A stretch of 64,000 nt of DNA, from assembly GCA_965287045.1 (NCBI GenBank), contig OZ336880.1, positions 46,562,001 through 46,626,000 on the forward strand, read 5' to 3'. The DNA comes from Carcharhinus amblyrhynchos (taxonomy: Eukaryota). Within the stretch, counting starts at the first letter, position 1; each line of letters begins with the position of its first letter. Under the pieces are notes generated by a model. It ran no database searches, was not told the DNA's origin, and worked only from the letters and a program-made list of their open reading frames with translations. Shown in pieces: positions 25,601 through 37,860 of this stretch. The position numbers and the translations under genes were made by a program.

Positions 25601-26014
25601 ACTGAAGGGGGCAATCCCCTTAATGCAGCTGCCTGAAATTCTCCTCTCGGTATGTCTGCAGAAGCAATAATTTATTTAAAATAAATGTGTTCATGTTGCC
25701 ATTAAAACAGTACAGACAGACATTTCAAACAAATGCATTAAAATTAATGATTGGAAAACTGACAGCCAGATTCTCTTGCAATTTCAGAGTGATATATTGA
25801 ATGAACTTGTGACTTTGTTTTAAGTATGATGGTGATAACCCATATCAAAATAGGCAGTAATAAAAAGGTAATTAAAACCTGAGAAAATTTCCTAGGGAGA
25901 TTTATTGAAGCCAAGTCTAGCCAAACTGGATATCTATGGAATAAACTATTTGGCAAGCTAGTGTCAATTTCTTTTTCTTTATTCTGCCCTGAGATATGGG
26001 TGTAACTGGAATTT

Positions 26015-26348
26015 TTTGTCAATCCCTAATTGCCCATGACATGAGTGGCTTGCTAGGCCATTTCAGAATACAGTTAAAAGTTAACTACATTGCTGTGGTT
26101 CTGAAGTCAAATGTAGACCAGACCAGACAAGGATGGTAAATTTCCTTCCTTAAGGAACATTAATGGACCTGATGGGGTTTTACAACAATTGATAGTTGTC
26201 ATGGTCAGCATTACTGAGACTAGCTCTATATTCCAGGCTTTTTAGAAATGAACTGAAATTCCACCAGGTGCCATAGTGGGATTTGAACCCATGTCCCCAG
26301 AGCATAGGCAGGGCCTGTGGATTCAGTAACATTACCACCACACCACTG
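26015..26348 (-). mobile_element. tRNA-headed shark interspersed repeat (SINE-like; related copy at 49360-49560)
   Basis: Reverse B-box GGGATTTGAACCC and body GGCTTGCTAGGCCATTTCAG...AGACCAGAC...TTTCCTTCC. Confidence 0.6.
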
Positions 26349-26574
26349 AAATATAACCAAGAAGCAGCTCAGCAAGTCTAAAGCCTGGGGAAATATTAAT
26401 ACTTTTCAAAGGTGCTGACTTTAGTTTTAAAATAAGTGATAAAATGTCTCAGCCTGTTTGAGGTCAGATTATGAAAACACATTGCATAAACTTGATTTAT
26501 GTCCCCTCAGTTTAGATAGTTAAGGACTGATCTAATAGAAATGTGTAAAATGGAGAAGGGATTTAATAAGGCAG

Positions 26575-26922
26575 ATGATAGGCTGGCATTGCTGCCTCAA
26601 AAGTGCCAGGGACTCCAGTTCTATTCCGGCCTTGGGTGACTGTCTGTGTGGAGTTTGCACATTCTCCCTGTGTCTGCATGGATTTCCTCCAGGTGCTGCA
26701 GTTTCCTTCTGAAGTCCAAAGATGTGTAACTTAGATGGATTGGCTATGCTAAGTTGCCCCTTAATGTTCAAAGGTGTTTGTAGGTTAGCTGGATTAGCCA
26801 TGGGAAATGCACGGGGTTAGGGGGATAACGCAAAGGGGAGGGTCTGGGCAGGACAGTCCTTTTGGGAGTCAGTGCGGACTCAATGGGCTGAATGGCCTCT
26901 TTATGGACTGTAGGACTTCTAT
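26575..26922 (+). mobile_element. HE1-like V-SINE
   Basis: Core GTCTGTGTGGAGTTTGCACATTCTCCCTGTGTCTGC and tail GGGCTGAATGGCCTC. Confidence 0.85.
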
Positions 26923-27099
26923 GAAGTTAAACTATTTCCTCGGGCGGACGAATCCTGGATAAGGATGCATAATATTAAAATTAGATACAGACCACTTAGG
27001 AGTGAAATTTAGAAACATTTTTTCAAAAAGAATGGATGAAATCTGGAACTCTTATCCTAAAAAAGTAAAGTGAAGTTTATTTATTTGTCACAACTGGTG

Positions 27100-27508
27100 C
27101 AGCAACAATAATCTCTCACTCGATGCCAACAACCACAAAAGGGGATTGTCATCAAATTCAGGAAGCATACAGGAGAACAAGCTTCTGTCTCCATCAACAG
27201 GGATGAAGACCCCACGCACCCTGGACATTCTCTCTTCCACTTTCTTCCATCAGGAAAAAGATACAAAGTCTGAGGTCACGTACCAACCGAATCAAGAATA
27301 GCGGCTTCCCTGCTGCCATCAGACCTTTGAACGGACCTACCTTTCATTAAGGTGATATTTCTCTACACCCTAGCTATAACTGTAACACTACATTCTGCAC
27401 TCTCTTGTTTCCTTCTCTATGAACGGTATGCTTTGTCTATATAGCACGTAAGAAACAATGCTTTTCACTATATGTTAATACATGTGACAATAATAAATCA
27501 AATCAAAT
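27100..27508 (+). mobile_element. Rex1/Babar-like LINE 3' end nested in a SINE tail
   Basis: Encodes a DPTHPGHSLFHFLPSGKRY..LRSRTNR.KNS.FPAAIR.LN-like C-terminus and ends with an AATAAATCAAATCAAAT tail. Confidence 0.75.
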
Positions 27509-27752
27509 TTACTGTGAAAATCCCCTAGTCACCAAACTCCAGTGCCTGTTCAGGTACACAGAAAGAGAGTTTACTATGTCAATCCACCTAACGTGCACAT
27601 CTTTGAACTGTGGAGGAAACCACAGCACCTGAGGGAAACCCACACAAACAGGAGGAGAATGTGCAAACTCCATCTGGACAGTGACCCAAGCTGGGAATCA
27701 AACCCAGGTCCCTGATGCTGTGAGGTAACAGTGCTAACCACTGCACCACCCA
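27509..27752 (-). mobile_element. V-SINE (variant tail); the rest of its tail lies at about 27070-27095
   Basis: Reverse head GGTGCAGTGGTTAGCACTGTTACCTCACAGC and V core. The TTTATTTATTTGTCACAA tail is separated from it by the Rex1 insertion. Confidence 0.85.
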
Positions 27753-28589
27753 AACTGTTGTTGGTAGATGAAATAGCAAAGAAATTTAAGATCAGGGATT
27801 GGATGCCACTGATCCAGTGAACAATTGAAGACTTAAATCAGGGACTTCTGTTGTTGTGACATGGTTAGATACCAATAGTTCACTATCTCATGATATGATG
27901 GAAACCACTATACATTCATGATATCAAATGAGGAGACCTTCACAAGAACCTTGCACAGAGACTATCTGTTCTTAAGAACGTGGCCTTTTTCTTTACAGTC
28001 TTCTCTCAAAGGTGTTGATTTATCCACTGGTACCTAAGCCAAATGGCCATCATTCAAATCTGAGCTTCAGAGTGAGCGCTGGCCAACTATTCCTCGTTGC
28101 ACACGTCTGTTCCATTCACAAGGTAGACAAATGCACACTTACAGAGGGTAACTATATCCAAGAATACCTAGGTTTACTCCTGCTCCCTAATCCCAGTGCA
28201 CTGAGGTCAATTGTTGAAGTACTAATGGCACCTTGTTGAGATCTATAATTCAGCAAAGTTTGGGAACAGAAGGCTGCAGTTTTAAGTCAGAAAACATGAA
28301 TAGGGAAGAAAGAAAGAAAGCAAGCAAGAAAGTAAAATAAATGGAAGGATAGTATTCTTTACTTCCATTTTTTTAAGAATATTTCCACACGCACAGTTTT
28401 TCCCTATGGGGAATAGTAGCAAAATAGTGTAAGGATTCCTGAGCTGATTATCAGCCCATTGAACCACGTTATGAACACTCCTTTCATGGCTAACAAATCC
28501 TGGTTTTGGACTTGAACCCAGAGCTTCTAGTCCAGAGGTAAGGATGCTACCACTGTGCCACAGGACCTCTTACACCTTCCATGAACCCA

Positions 28590-28978
28590 AAATATACAAA
28601 AATACTTTAAATCCAATGAAGTACTTTTGCAGTGCAATCAGAGTTATATTGTGGAAAATACAAGTGCCAATTGGGACAGTTGGCTCCCACAAATAGCAAT
28701 GAAGTAAATGATCTGATCAGTTATTTCAGTTCTTGGCTAAGGGATAAATAATGGCTAGTATGCCAGAACAATACCAGAGCTATTCTTTTAATGGTACCAA
28801 GGCTCTTTTATGTCCACCTGAGAACTCCAAAGGGGCCTCAGTTTAACGCAGCGCCTGACAGTGCAGCACACTCTTAACATTGCACATGGAGTTTCAGCCA
28901 AAATGATGCACTCAAGACTCTGGAATGATACTTGAACGCACAACCTTCTCAAACAGAGCTGATGCTACTAATGAGCAC
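28590..28978 (-). mobile_element. Deu-domain SINE (SacSINE1/AmnSINE-like)
   Basis: The reverse strand shows a tRNA-like head (AGAAGGTTGTGCGTTCAAG), GTGCTGCACTGTCAGG, and the Deu core CGTTAAACTGAGGCCCC...CTCAGGTGGACATAAAAGA. Confidence 0.7.
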
Positions 28979-29786
28979 AATGTGAGCCATTTTTCTTTTA
29001 TAATATATAGGATAACATGTCAATTCAGGTTAATAATTTAGGTTTTTGCTACAGTTTTCACTATTTTGACAAAGAATGCTTTCACTTGTCAAAAACATTT
29101 AAGGAAATAGGCATGTTTTTTGTGGCAACGTTAACACGAGTGGTTTGCAATTATTAGATATGTTACTACTTTAAAATTTACCTCAAAGACATGGAACTGT
29201 TTTAAATTCTATGTACTGATGACTTATGACTTGCATGATAAATCTCACTGTAGGAAAGTAGCCCTCAGTAATAAAACAAAGTAACTGAAATAATTTCACC
29301 CAATAAATGTCAAGCAACATCACAGGAACAAAAACTTTTCAGTCCGATTTGACACACATGCATTGCCCCAAATCTGTCTAACCCCAGCTTCAAATGAATG
29401 TAATACATTGCAAAAGTTGATTTATCAGTTTCCTAACCTCAAGCATAATGATACATAAAATTATAAATTGATGCTTATTAATGCTGCATTTTAGGGTTGT
29501 TTTGCTTTACAGACAGATATTAGTTAAACTTGGATTGAGGTGGTGCATTCAGATCAGAAATACTACTAGTCATCAGATACAGCAGGCTTCAAAATACCTG
29601 TTCAGGCTGCATTTCTTGATGTTAGAGAAACTTCACCCATCAAAGTTAGTTTATTTGTACTCCTCACACCCTTATCTGAAATGTAGAATAGCTCACAGCA
29701 GTTAGTTTATTTCCTTTGTTGTGCTAGCTAGTCATAGCTAGCATTTATTGCTTGCCTCTACCTGCCATTGAGAAAGGTGTTGGTAA

Positions 29787-30320
29787 GATCATAAGAAATA
29801 GAGAAAGGAGTAGGCAATTCGGCACAAAGAGCCTGCTTGTCTTTCAATAAGATCATAGCTGATCTAATTGTGGCCTTAACTCCATTTCCCACCTATCCCC
29901 ATTCCACTCGACTCCCTCATAAATCAAAAATCTAACTGTTAAGAGGCTTCAAGGTGACATAGACAAGTTGAGTGAGTGAGCAAATACATGGCAGAGGCAG
30001 TATAATGTGGATAATTATGAAGTTATTCACTTCAATTGGAGAAACAGAATGGTGATAGATTGAGACTGTTAACATACAAAGGGACTTGGCTGTCTGAAAG
30101 TAAGCATGCAGATACAGCAAGCAGATAGGAAGGCAAATGGTATGCCGGCCTTTGCTGCAAGAGGATACGAGTGCAGGAGCAAGGACGTCTTACTACAATT
30201 GTACAAAGCCTTGGTGAGACCACCTACAACATTGTGTGAAGTTTTGGTCTTCTTATCTAAGGAAGCTTACATTTGCCATAGAGGGAGTGAAGCAAAGATT
30301 CGTCAGGCTGATTCCTGGGA
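29787..30320. mobile_element. CR1 copy with 5' inversion (3' end on minus at 29787-29937; RT segment on plus at 29940-30320)
   Basis: Reverse tail CATAAGAAATAG...AGTAGGC abuts a forward RT segment encoding QQA.RKANGM.AF.ARG.E.RSKDVLLQLYKALVRP. Confidence 0.7.
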
Positions 30321-31019
30321 TGCCCTGGGTCTGTTTGTGGAACATTTGCTAAACTCCTCAAACTCTTCTTTTAAATCTTTCTCCAAACCCATTTTTGGCA
30401 AAGATTTTAATTGCTTCACTGAATCACTGGCCCAAGGCTCAATATCCATCTTTCTTCCTCTCCATCATAAAATATTTTTTGACATTTTCTACATTAAAGA
30501 TGATATATAAATGCAAGTTTCTACTATTATCAAACTCAAGCTGCCTTTCTGAGTCTTGAAATCTCACAGCAAAAAAACCCATTCCTAGATCAGAACCAGC
30601 TAAGATTTTGACGGTTTCAACAGATGCAATGGGCTGCATGGTCTACTGTTGCTCCTTTCTCTTTTGTTCTTGAATCTCAATCAAAAGTATTCTGATATAC
30701 AATGGCCCAGAATCTGGTAAATGGCACAGCAAGTGTGTTTGTACTGTGATTTAAATTGCCAATTTGTGCTGGAGCCTTTGCAACTTCCAGTTCTGACTGC
30801 AGTTTAAATCCACCAAAGAACTGAGTCAGGAGGCCAAATGGTGAGTGTAATCCCAGCGAAACCAGGCTCTGCTTTTTTAAATTGAACTGAGAACACACCC
30901 CTTAAGGTCTGTCTTCAGTTCATTGACTTGCACTCCTTTTAAACGGATCTGCCAATCTCTCAAACTGCACAGCCTCGATTCCCGACCACGTTCACCCTCG
31001 TTGCATTCCTGAGAACATG

Positions 31020-31400
31020 CATTCTCCCCCCTCAGTCCGACTTTGTACACTCTCTCACTCCCGACAATGTTCACTCTCCCTCACTCCCAATAATGTTCAT
31101 CCCCTCATCCCAGACAATATTCACCACTTTCACCCTACATGTTAACCCTGACATTGTTCACTCCTCCTCATAATCTCCTGACAATGTGCATTCCTTCCCT
31201 CAATCCCTGACAACGATCACCCCCTCACCTCCGATATTATTCGCCTTCTCCCTCACCTCCTATCCCCTGACAATGTTCACCCCACCATCGCACGATAATG
31301 CTCACCCCATCCTTCAGTCTCAGCCCTGACAATGTGCACCCTTTCCCTCACCCCCGGCAATGCTGAGGTTGGTAAGCTCAGTATTGTCAGAATTGTCAGG
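31020..31400. repeat. Degenerate minisatellite of roughly 25-35-bp units (CCCTGACAATGTTCACCC core)
   Basis: About a dozen visible copies of (T/C)GACAATG(T/C)TCAC, followed by two reverse-complement cores ATTGTCAG. Confidence 0.85.
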
Positions 31401-32979
31401 ATGGGATGGTGAGCAATTCAGGTTCTCTCATGACTCAGGACATCTTAGTTTAGGAATTAGCTTCATAACCTTTGCCTGAACTCCCTACAATAGTTCTTCA
31501 AATTTCTTCTAATATGGAGACTGAAATTGAAAACAGTGCTCCAGATGTGGTCACAACAAATCTGGAAACAACTTCAATATTATTTACTTGGGCTTATAGG
31601 TCAAACTCTTGCTATATATCTCAACAATTCATTTGCCTTTATTCAATACGTTAAGAACACGGAACCAACAATTTGGACAACTTATCCATCAAAATGCCCA
31701 CATTTCCTCAACCTAAAATGTCAACTGATTGACCTCTGTTTCTCCACAGATGCTATCTAATCTGCCAGTTTTCCCAGCATTTTCTGCGTTTCTGCTCTGT
31801 TAAAGTTCATGGAAAGTTTTCTTCTACTTGTCTCCCTGACTATTGTGCTTTCATTAGCTTTTCCATCATGATTTGAGGTTAACCCCAATCAGTGATTGCA
31901 AATGTAGAACACAAAAGAAAAAGGGAGTTCATAACACGTTCAAATAAACAAAAGTTTGTTACTGAGCCAATTTATACTTGTGATCATTTTTTTCTTTAGC
32001 TCGAAACACACTCATCCCTCCTATGGAGACTGGAATTAAGATCTGATTGACCAGCCCAAAGACCTTACCATCAATACTGAAAAGCTAGGTTATTCTATAC
32101 TTCAAGGCTGCTTGACAAAAACACTATTAAACTACTCATCTCCTGCAGACAAGGATGAATGCTCTCTGTAAACATATCTTTCTCTTCCAGTGGCTTGCAC
32201 TCTTGTAAAGATTAACTCAGCATGCAGCGCCCAATACAGTTCTACGTTGCACCTATGAGAAAAAAGAAAATCACTCTAAACCTCATAGATTGTCTCATAG
32301 TTAAAACCTATCTCCAATGCCAAACGTTCAGCATTTTTCTAAAAATGGCACTACTCTGCTGTACTGGGAGCTCAGAGATTTGTGAACTATATTTTCCTAA
32401 CAATCTCTCAAACTTCACTTAGTAATGTCTCAGATTTTACCGGAGTAGTACATTTAGTGCCCAGTTAGTTCGCCTTTGTCCTGCAGCACAAGAATTTTTG
32501 CTTTACAAGTTGGTGGAAATGCAAACTGTTAGCAGTGGAGAGAGGGCAACGAGGTATTCTAGGGCTTTGATGAATGCTGGGATCAACAGTCTATTTTATT
32601 AACCAACGGAATTTGAGGATTGAGAAAGAAACAGGTGAATGGAGAATAAAGCAATAGGATGAATCAAAGTCAAATTGGATACAGAGAGAGAATGAACCAT
32701 GCGTGTCATACAATGCTCCATTCACCAACTCTCTCCCTTCACTCACGTGCCAACATTTTCATCCCCAGTCACAATTCCTACCAAGCATTCATAGTCTCAT
32801 CTCACACCTTCTCACATTTAGCACTGCTACAAACTTCACATTTACATCCCTCAGCTTGCACACATTGCCAGTTATTCAACTACGACAAATACATCACCAT
32901 GTGGAAGATATGATGTGGCTGTAAAAGAGATCTCAAAGATTGGCAGATGTGGATATTAAATATCCCTGGATGTTCAGAA

Positions 32980-35415
32980 AAATAGGAACTGAAGAAAAGA
33001 GGGAGAGTGGTATTGATGAAGGAGAACAATGCAGTGGGAGAGAGAGGATAGCCCAGGGGAGTCAAGAACAGGATCTATCTAGTTAGAGTTAAGGGGCAAA
33101 AAAATGTGTAATTAGATGGCTCGGTATTGTCTATAGGCCGCCAACTACTGGGAAAGATATGGATGAACAAATCTGCATTATTGAGGGGTGTAGGAATTAT
33201 ATAAGGGAACTTCAATTATCTGAATATAGACTGGGATAGTAGTAGTGTAAAGGGCAGAGAGGGGCAAGGACTTCTAGAACATGTCAGGAAAATTTTCTAC
33301 AGCACTGTTTCCAGTTTAATGAGAAAGGAAACACTGCTAGACTTGGTTCTTAGGAATGAGGTGGGCCAAGAGGATCAATTGCAAGTAGGAGAACATTTGA
33401 CAGGAAAAACATTAACTGAACAATAGGCTATCACTGGACAATTGTGAAGGGGAAAGATAGGGCAAACAAATACAGAGCTCTGTGAATGGCAAAAGAAAAA
33501 GAGATCAAGATGAAAAGGAAAGTGTGTTTATCTCAGATATCAGATGGATAATATAATGGATAACGAGGCTGTTAATAGAAAACTCAGAGAGGAAAAGAAA
33601 AAGCAAATAAGAGAAGCTAAGAGAGTATGAAAGGAGACCGGCAGTTAACATAAAAGGGAACTCCAAAGTTTTCCACTAACACAAGTAGTAAAAAAGTGTT
33701 AAGGGGATGAGTAAGGCTAACTAGGGATTGAAAAGGGAATTTACGAATAGAGGCAAGAGAATAGCTGAGATATTGAATGAATACTTTGCATCTATCTTTA
33801 CCAGGAAGAAGATGCTGCTCAGGTCATGTTGAGAAGGGAGATAATTACGATACTTGAAGGGTTTAAAATTATTAAAGAGGAAGTATAAATGGACTCTTTG
33901 GACTCAAAGTTGATGAAGGACAAGAACCAGATGAGATGCATCCAAGGATATGGAGGGTAACGAGTGTGGAAACTGCAGGGTCACTGGCCATAGCTTTCCA
34001 ATCTTCCTTAGAATCGTGGATGCTGCCAGACGACAAGAGGATTACATCCCTGTTCAAACAAGGTACATCAACGTCTAGGTATCAGGAACAGCAAGGGTCC
34101 CACCATTGGCATCTGGGGATCTCCACCAGAAACCTCCCTCCAGCTGAAAAACACATTTAACCACTATTCTTTACTTCCTGTTCAGCCAATTTTGTGTCCA
34201 TGTTGCTACTGTCCCTTTTATTCCATGAACCATAACTTGCCCAAAAGTCTGTTGCGAGGTAGTGTATCAAATGCCTTCTGAAAGTCAATGTAAACCACAT
34301 CAGCAGTATTACCCTCCTCAACCCTCTGTTATCTCTTCAAAGAATTACAGAAAGTTAGTTAAACATGATTAGATCGTAATAAATCCATGTTAGCTCTCCT
34401 TAACTAACCCACATTTATCCTAGCGGCTATTAATTTTGTTCTGAATTACTGCGCCCAGAAACTTCCCACCACCAAAGTTAAATGGACTGATCTATAATTG
34501 CAAGCTTTATTTTTACGAAGGGTGTGCAGGGCACAATTCCAAATTCTGCAGACCGTACAAATATGGAAGCATTGTGTACAATGAGAAGCATAGGCAGATA
34601 AGTGACAAATGAAATATATTGCAGACAAATGAGAAGTAATTCGTTTTTGTAAGAAGCATGCAGCAAGAAAATATAAAGGGCACGATTCTAAAGGGGATGC
34701 AGAAGCCAACGCATCTGATGTATATGTGCATAAGTCATTGAAAGTTGCAGTGCAGGTTGAGAGTGCAGATAATAAAGCCTGCAATATCCTAACCTTATTA
34801 ATAGAGGCATTGAGTACAAGAGCATGGAAATTATGTTAAACTTGTATGAAACACAGGTTTGGCTTCAGCTAGAGTACTGCATATAGTTCTGGTACCACAC
34901 TATAGGAAAAATGTGAAAGCATTAGACAGGGTGCAGAAAAATTTATGAGAATGGTTCCAGGAATGAGGAACTTCAGTTATTTTGATGGATTGGAGAAGTT
35001 GGGACTGTCCCGTAGGGAAGAGAAGTTTGAGGGGAGATTTGATAGAAATATTCAAAATCCTGAAGGGATTTGACAGAATGGATAGGTAGAAACTGTCACA
35101 CTGGTGGAAGGGTTGAAAACAGGTGGGTACAGGTTTAAGATAACTGGTGAAAGAAACTAATGAAGACATGAAGAAAAATCTTTTTCATTCAGTGCATGTT
35201 TGAGAACTGGATTGCACTGCCTGACATTGCTGTGGAGGCAGATCATGGAGGCATTCAAGAGGGATTTGGATTGTTATCCAAAAGGAAGGACATACAGGGT
35301 TATGGGGAGAAGGCAGGGATTGGCACTCAGGCACGTTGTTTACTCAGGGTGTTAGCACTGACATGATGGGCTAAATGGCCTCCTTCTATGCTGCATCAAT
35401 TCTGTGATTCTGTAA
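32980..35415 (+). mobile_element. Long degenerate CR1 ORF2 (endonuclease to 3' tail) with an internal inversion at about 34062-34520
   Basis: Endonuclease motifs GIVYRPP and NFNY.NIDW, RT start MHPR...FQSSLE and the tail AATGGCCTCCTTCTATGCTG are on +. The middle of the RT is on the minus strand. Confidence 0.85.
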
Positions 35416-36224
35416 CATGAACCAAACATATTGTACCATATTTATTGATACAATACTTTCCTCTCTCTGCAGGACAAGATACTACATAAGAGATGGCAGC
35501 AACTAACTAGTAGGAGAGCTGCAACGCTGCCTGCCCTCACCTCCATGACGTTGGCAGTGATTGGAGTGCCCACAATGGAAGCCATGGCCAGTGATGGGAC
35601 TGAAACCAAAGAAGATGGTGGTATGTTCCGCCTTGATCCAACTCTCACATTCCATTTCATTTACACTGTCTTTTAAGAAGCCAGAGGTGGTGTAAGCATA
35701 CATCTTTTGCTTTTCCCAATGTCCTTCAATATAATCCCCTCTTGTGCCTTTCTCCATCTGGATACCCAAAAACTGCCACTGAGGCAAGCACATGGTGCAG
35801 GGCATAGGTTTCAAGAGGAGCAGGACACCAGAAGTGCAGAAACACTGCCACACAATCTCATACTCATGACTATCAGCATAGATGTTGGCACTGAGCAAAC
35901 TATAAAGGATAAGATACAGTGGGATCTCATGTAGGCATCAGGTGCCTGCATGCTGGCTGGAGACTCACATTGCGTCCTCTGGAAAGTTTTGCTGGTATAA
36001 GATGCCCCTTAAGTGGTCTCTTAAGTGACACTTAAGTGGTCTCTGGCAGACTTTCCCTGACCCCAGAGATGGATTCCCTGCCCACTTAGAGCTGTCAGCG
36101 AACCAAAGACTAGCAGCTCTTTTGTTCACCAACATCACCATGGAAGTGGTGGCTGCTGTGGGAATTGCGGGACATTGTCGGCCACTTTAAGACTTGAACA
36201 GCAGGTTAGGTGTAAAGATTCGCA

Positions 36225-36420
36225 TTCTAATCAGTAATCTCTAAACTGTCTGTGCTTTATATGCTCTGTCTGAGGCCAGAACTCTCCATTCACCTGATGA
36301 TGAGGTTAACCTCGAAAGCTTGTGAGTTTACTATCAAATAAATCGGTTGGACTTAAACCTGGTGTTGTCAGACTTCTTACTGTGTTTACTTCATACAAAC
36401 ACCAGCATCTCCACATCATG
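36225..36420 (+). mobile_element. Penelope-like element terminal-repeat fragment
   Basis: CCTGATGA...CGAAAGCTTGTG...AAATAAA..GTTGGACTTAAACCTGGTGTTGT.AGACTTCTTACTGTG, recognised as a recurrent shark Penelope-type terminus. Confidence 0.6.
36288..36327 (+). ncRNA. Minimal type I hammerhead ribozyme-like motif
   Basis: Stem I ATTCAC/GTGAGT, core CTGATGA, stem II GAGG-TTAA-CCTC, GAAA, and palindromic AAGCTT in place of stem III. Confidence 0.55.
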
Positions 36421-36999
36421 CTCTGGGAATGACAGCCACTGGAGGCCTAGGATTGAGGAGTGACCCAAGCCAGGACAAGGTTATGGCAAGGGGTGTTGCA
36501 GGGTGAGGTTTGGAGTGTGCGGGTTGAAAACAACGTCAGTGGTGGCTCTCAGCTGTCCCAATCTTTCCAGATGCCAGATCCCACAATGAGACAATGAGTA
36601 CCTTTGAACAAGGCAAGACACCAGCCTCCCCAACTCTCCCATGGAAAACCATAAGCAAGAGGCCTGTCTGCCACTGGGTTAATACCAATGTCTGTGGGAT
36701 GAAGCCTTTACATTAACTGCCACTTAAAGGCCCCAACTGAAAGTGAGATTGGCCTTGCCGTCCCCGTCTTAACTTTGGCGGAGACAGAAGAGTGCTTATA
36801 TACCACCCTCCCATCAGATTAAATTTCCTTACTACCTCTAAACATGCCAATAGGGGGCATAAAATTCCCCACAATGTGTTCCCTGACGCAAATGGTCTGC
36901 AGCCAAGACTGGGGGAAACGTAGCACAGGTGCCCGCTAATTGCAAAGTGAGATCACATATGAGTTCTACTGCAGGGAACTCATGTGAAAAGACTGATAA

Positions 37000-37860
37000 G
37001 TTGAGGGTGGCGGGGGTTATGTACAGAAAACGGCTGATTGACAAGAATAATTAAATATTGATAAGCCTTTGATAAAGCTTGTTTTCTCTGTCAAGAAACA
37101 GAGAAGTTTGGCACTAACTTGGCACAGAGCTTTGTACAGAGTTTGCAGCCCATTCTTTCCAGCCAATTTTATGACAGCACAAGGAGACCCAACCATGATG
37201 GTACACCTGGTGGCTGATGTCTCTTCTTCCATTGCCACACAAGCAGAAACCACTCAAATTCTGTGCTGCCACTGAAGCTCAGACTGAAGTCATGAAATCT
37301 CAGTTTGCTGCCATGCAGGCTTAGACTGCTGTCACCGTGGCTGTAGATAACAATACTGAAAGAAGTTGCAGTGTGACAGCAATCTGTGCGCCAACAGATT
37401 ACAAGGATTGAGGAGGTGCCACCCCAGGTGAGTGATAGCAGCACTGTACTAGCAAATTGGTTTAAACACTGAGGAACCAGCAGACTTTTGCAGAATAAAT
37501 GCATTGACTGCTGCCAGAATAGAAGGCATTTACCTGCGTGATGTGCTAAACATGGTCTCACACCAACTGCACATTCAGGGAATGGGACCATGTGTGGTTG
37601 CAGTATATCTCAACATTCAACTGCAGTGCACACAAAGCCACATGCATGCAATCGAAATCCCCAACATTCTGCCGAAGTTGTGTGATGCTCGGTCTGCATT
37701 TCTCTGGTTAGTGGAAGGATATCAAACTCTCCTCTCCTGGCAAAAGACAGCATCAGTCACTTCCCATTACGTAGGTGTGGACAGAAAACTTGGGAGATGT
37801 TACAGGTGTTGCCTGCTGCTGCACTTAAGATAAAGAAATTCACGGCCAGTCATGTTTGCA
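37000..37860 (-). mobile_element. PIF/Harbinger transposase remnant
   Basis: The minus strand encodes DFDCMHVAL (family motif IDCTHVAL), an SLNV..C.H-like segment and ILQKS. A Harbinger-like TIR end TAAAATTCCCC lies near 36860-36870. Confidence 0.55.
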
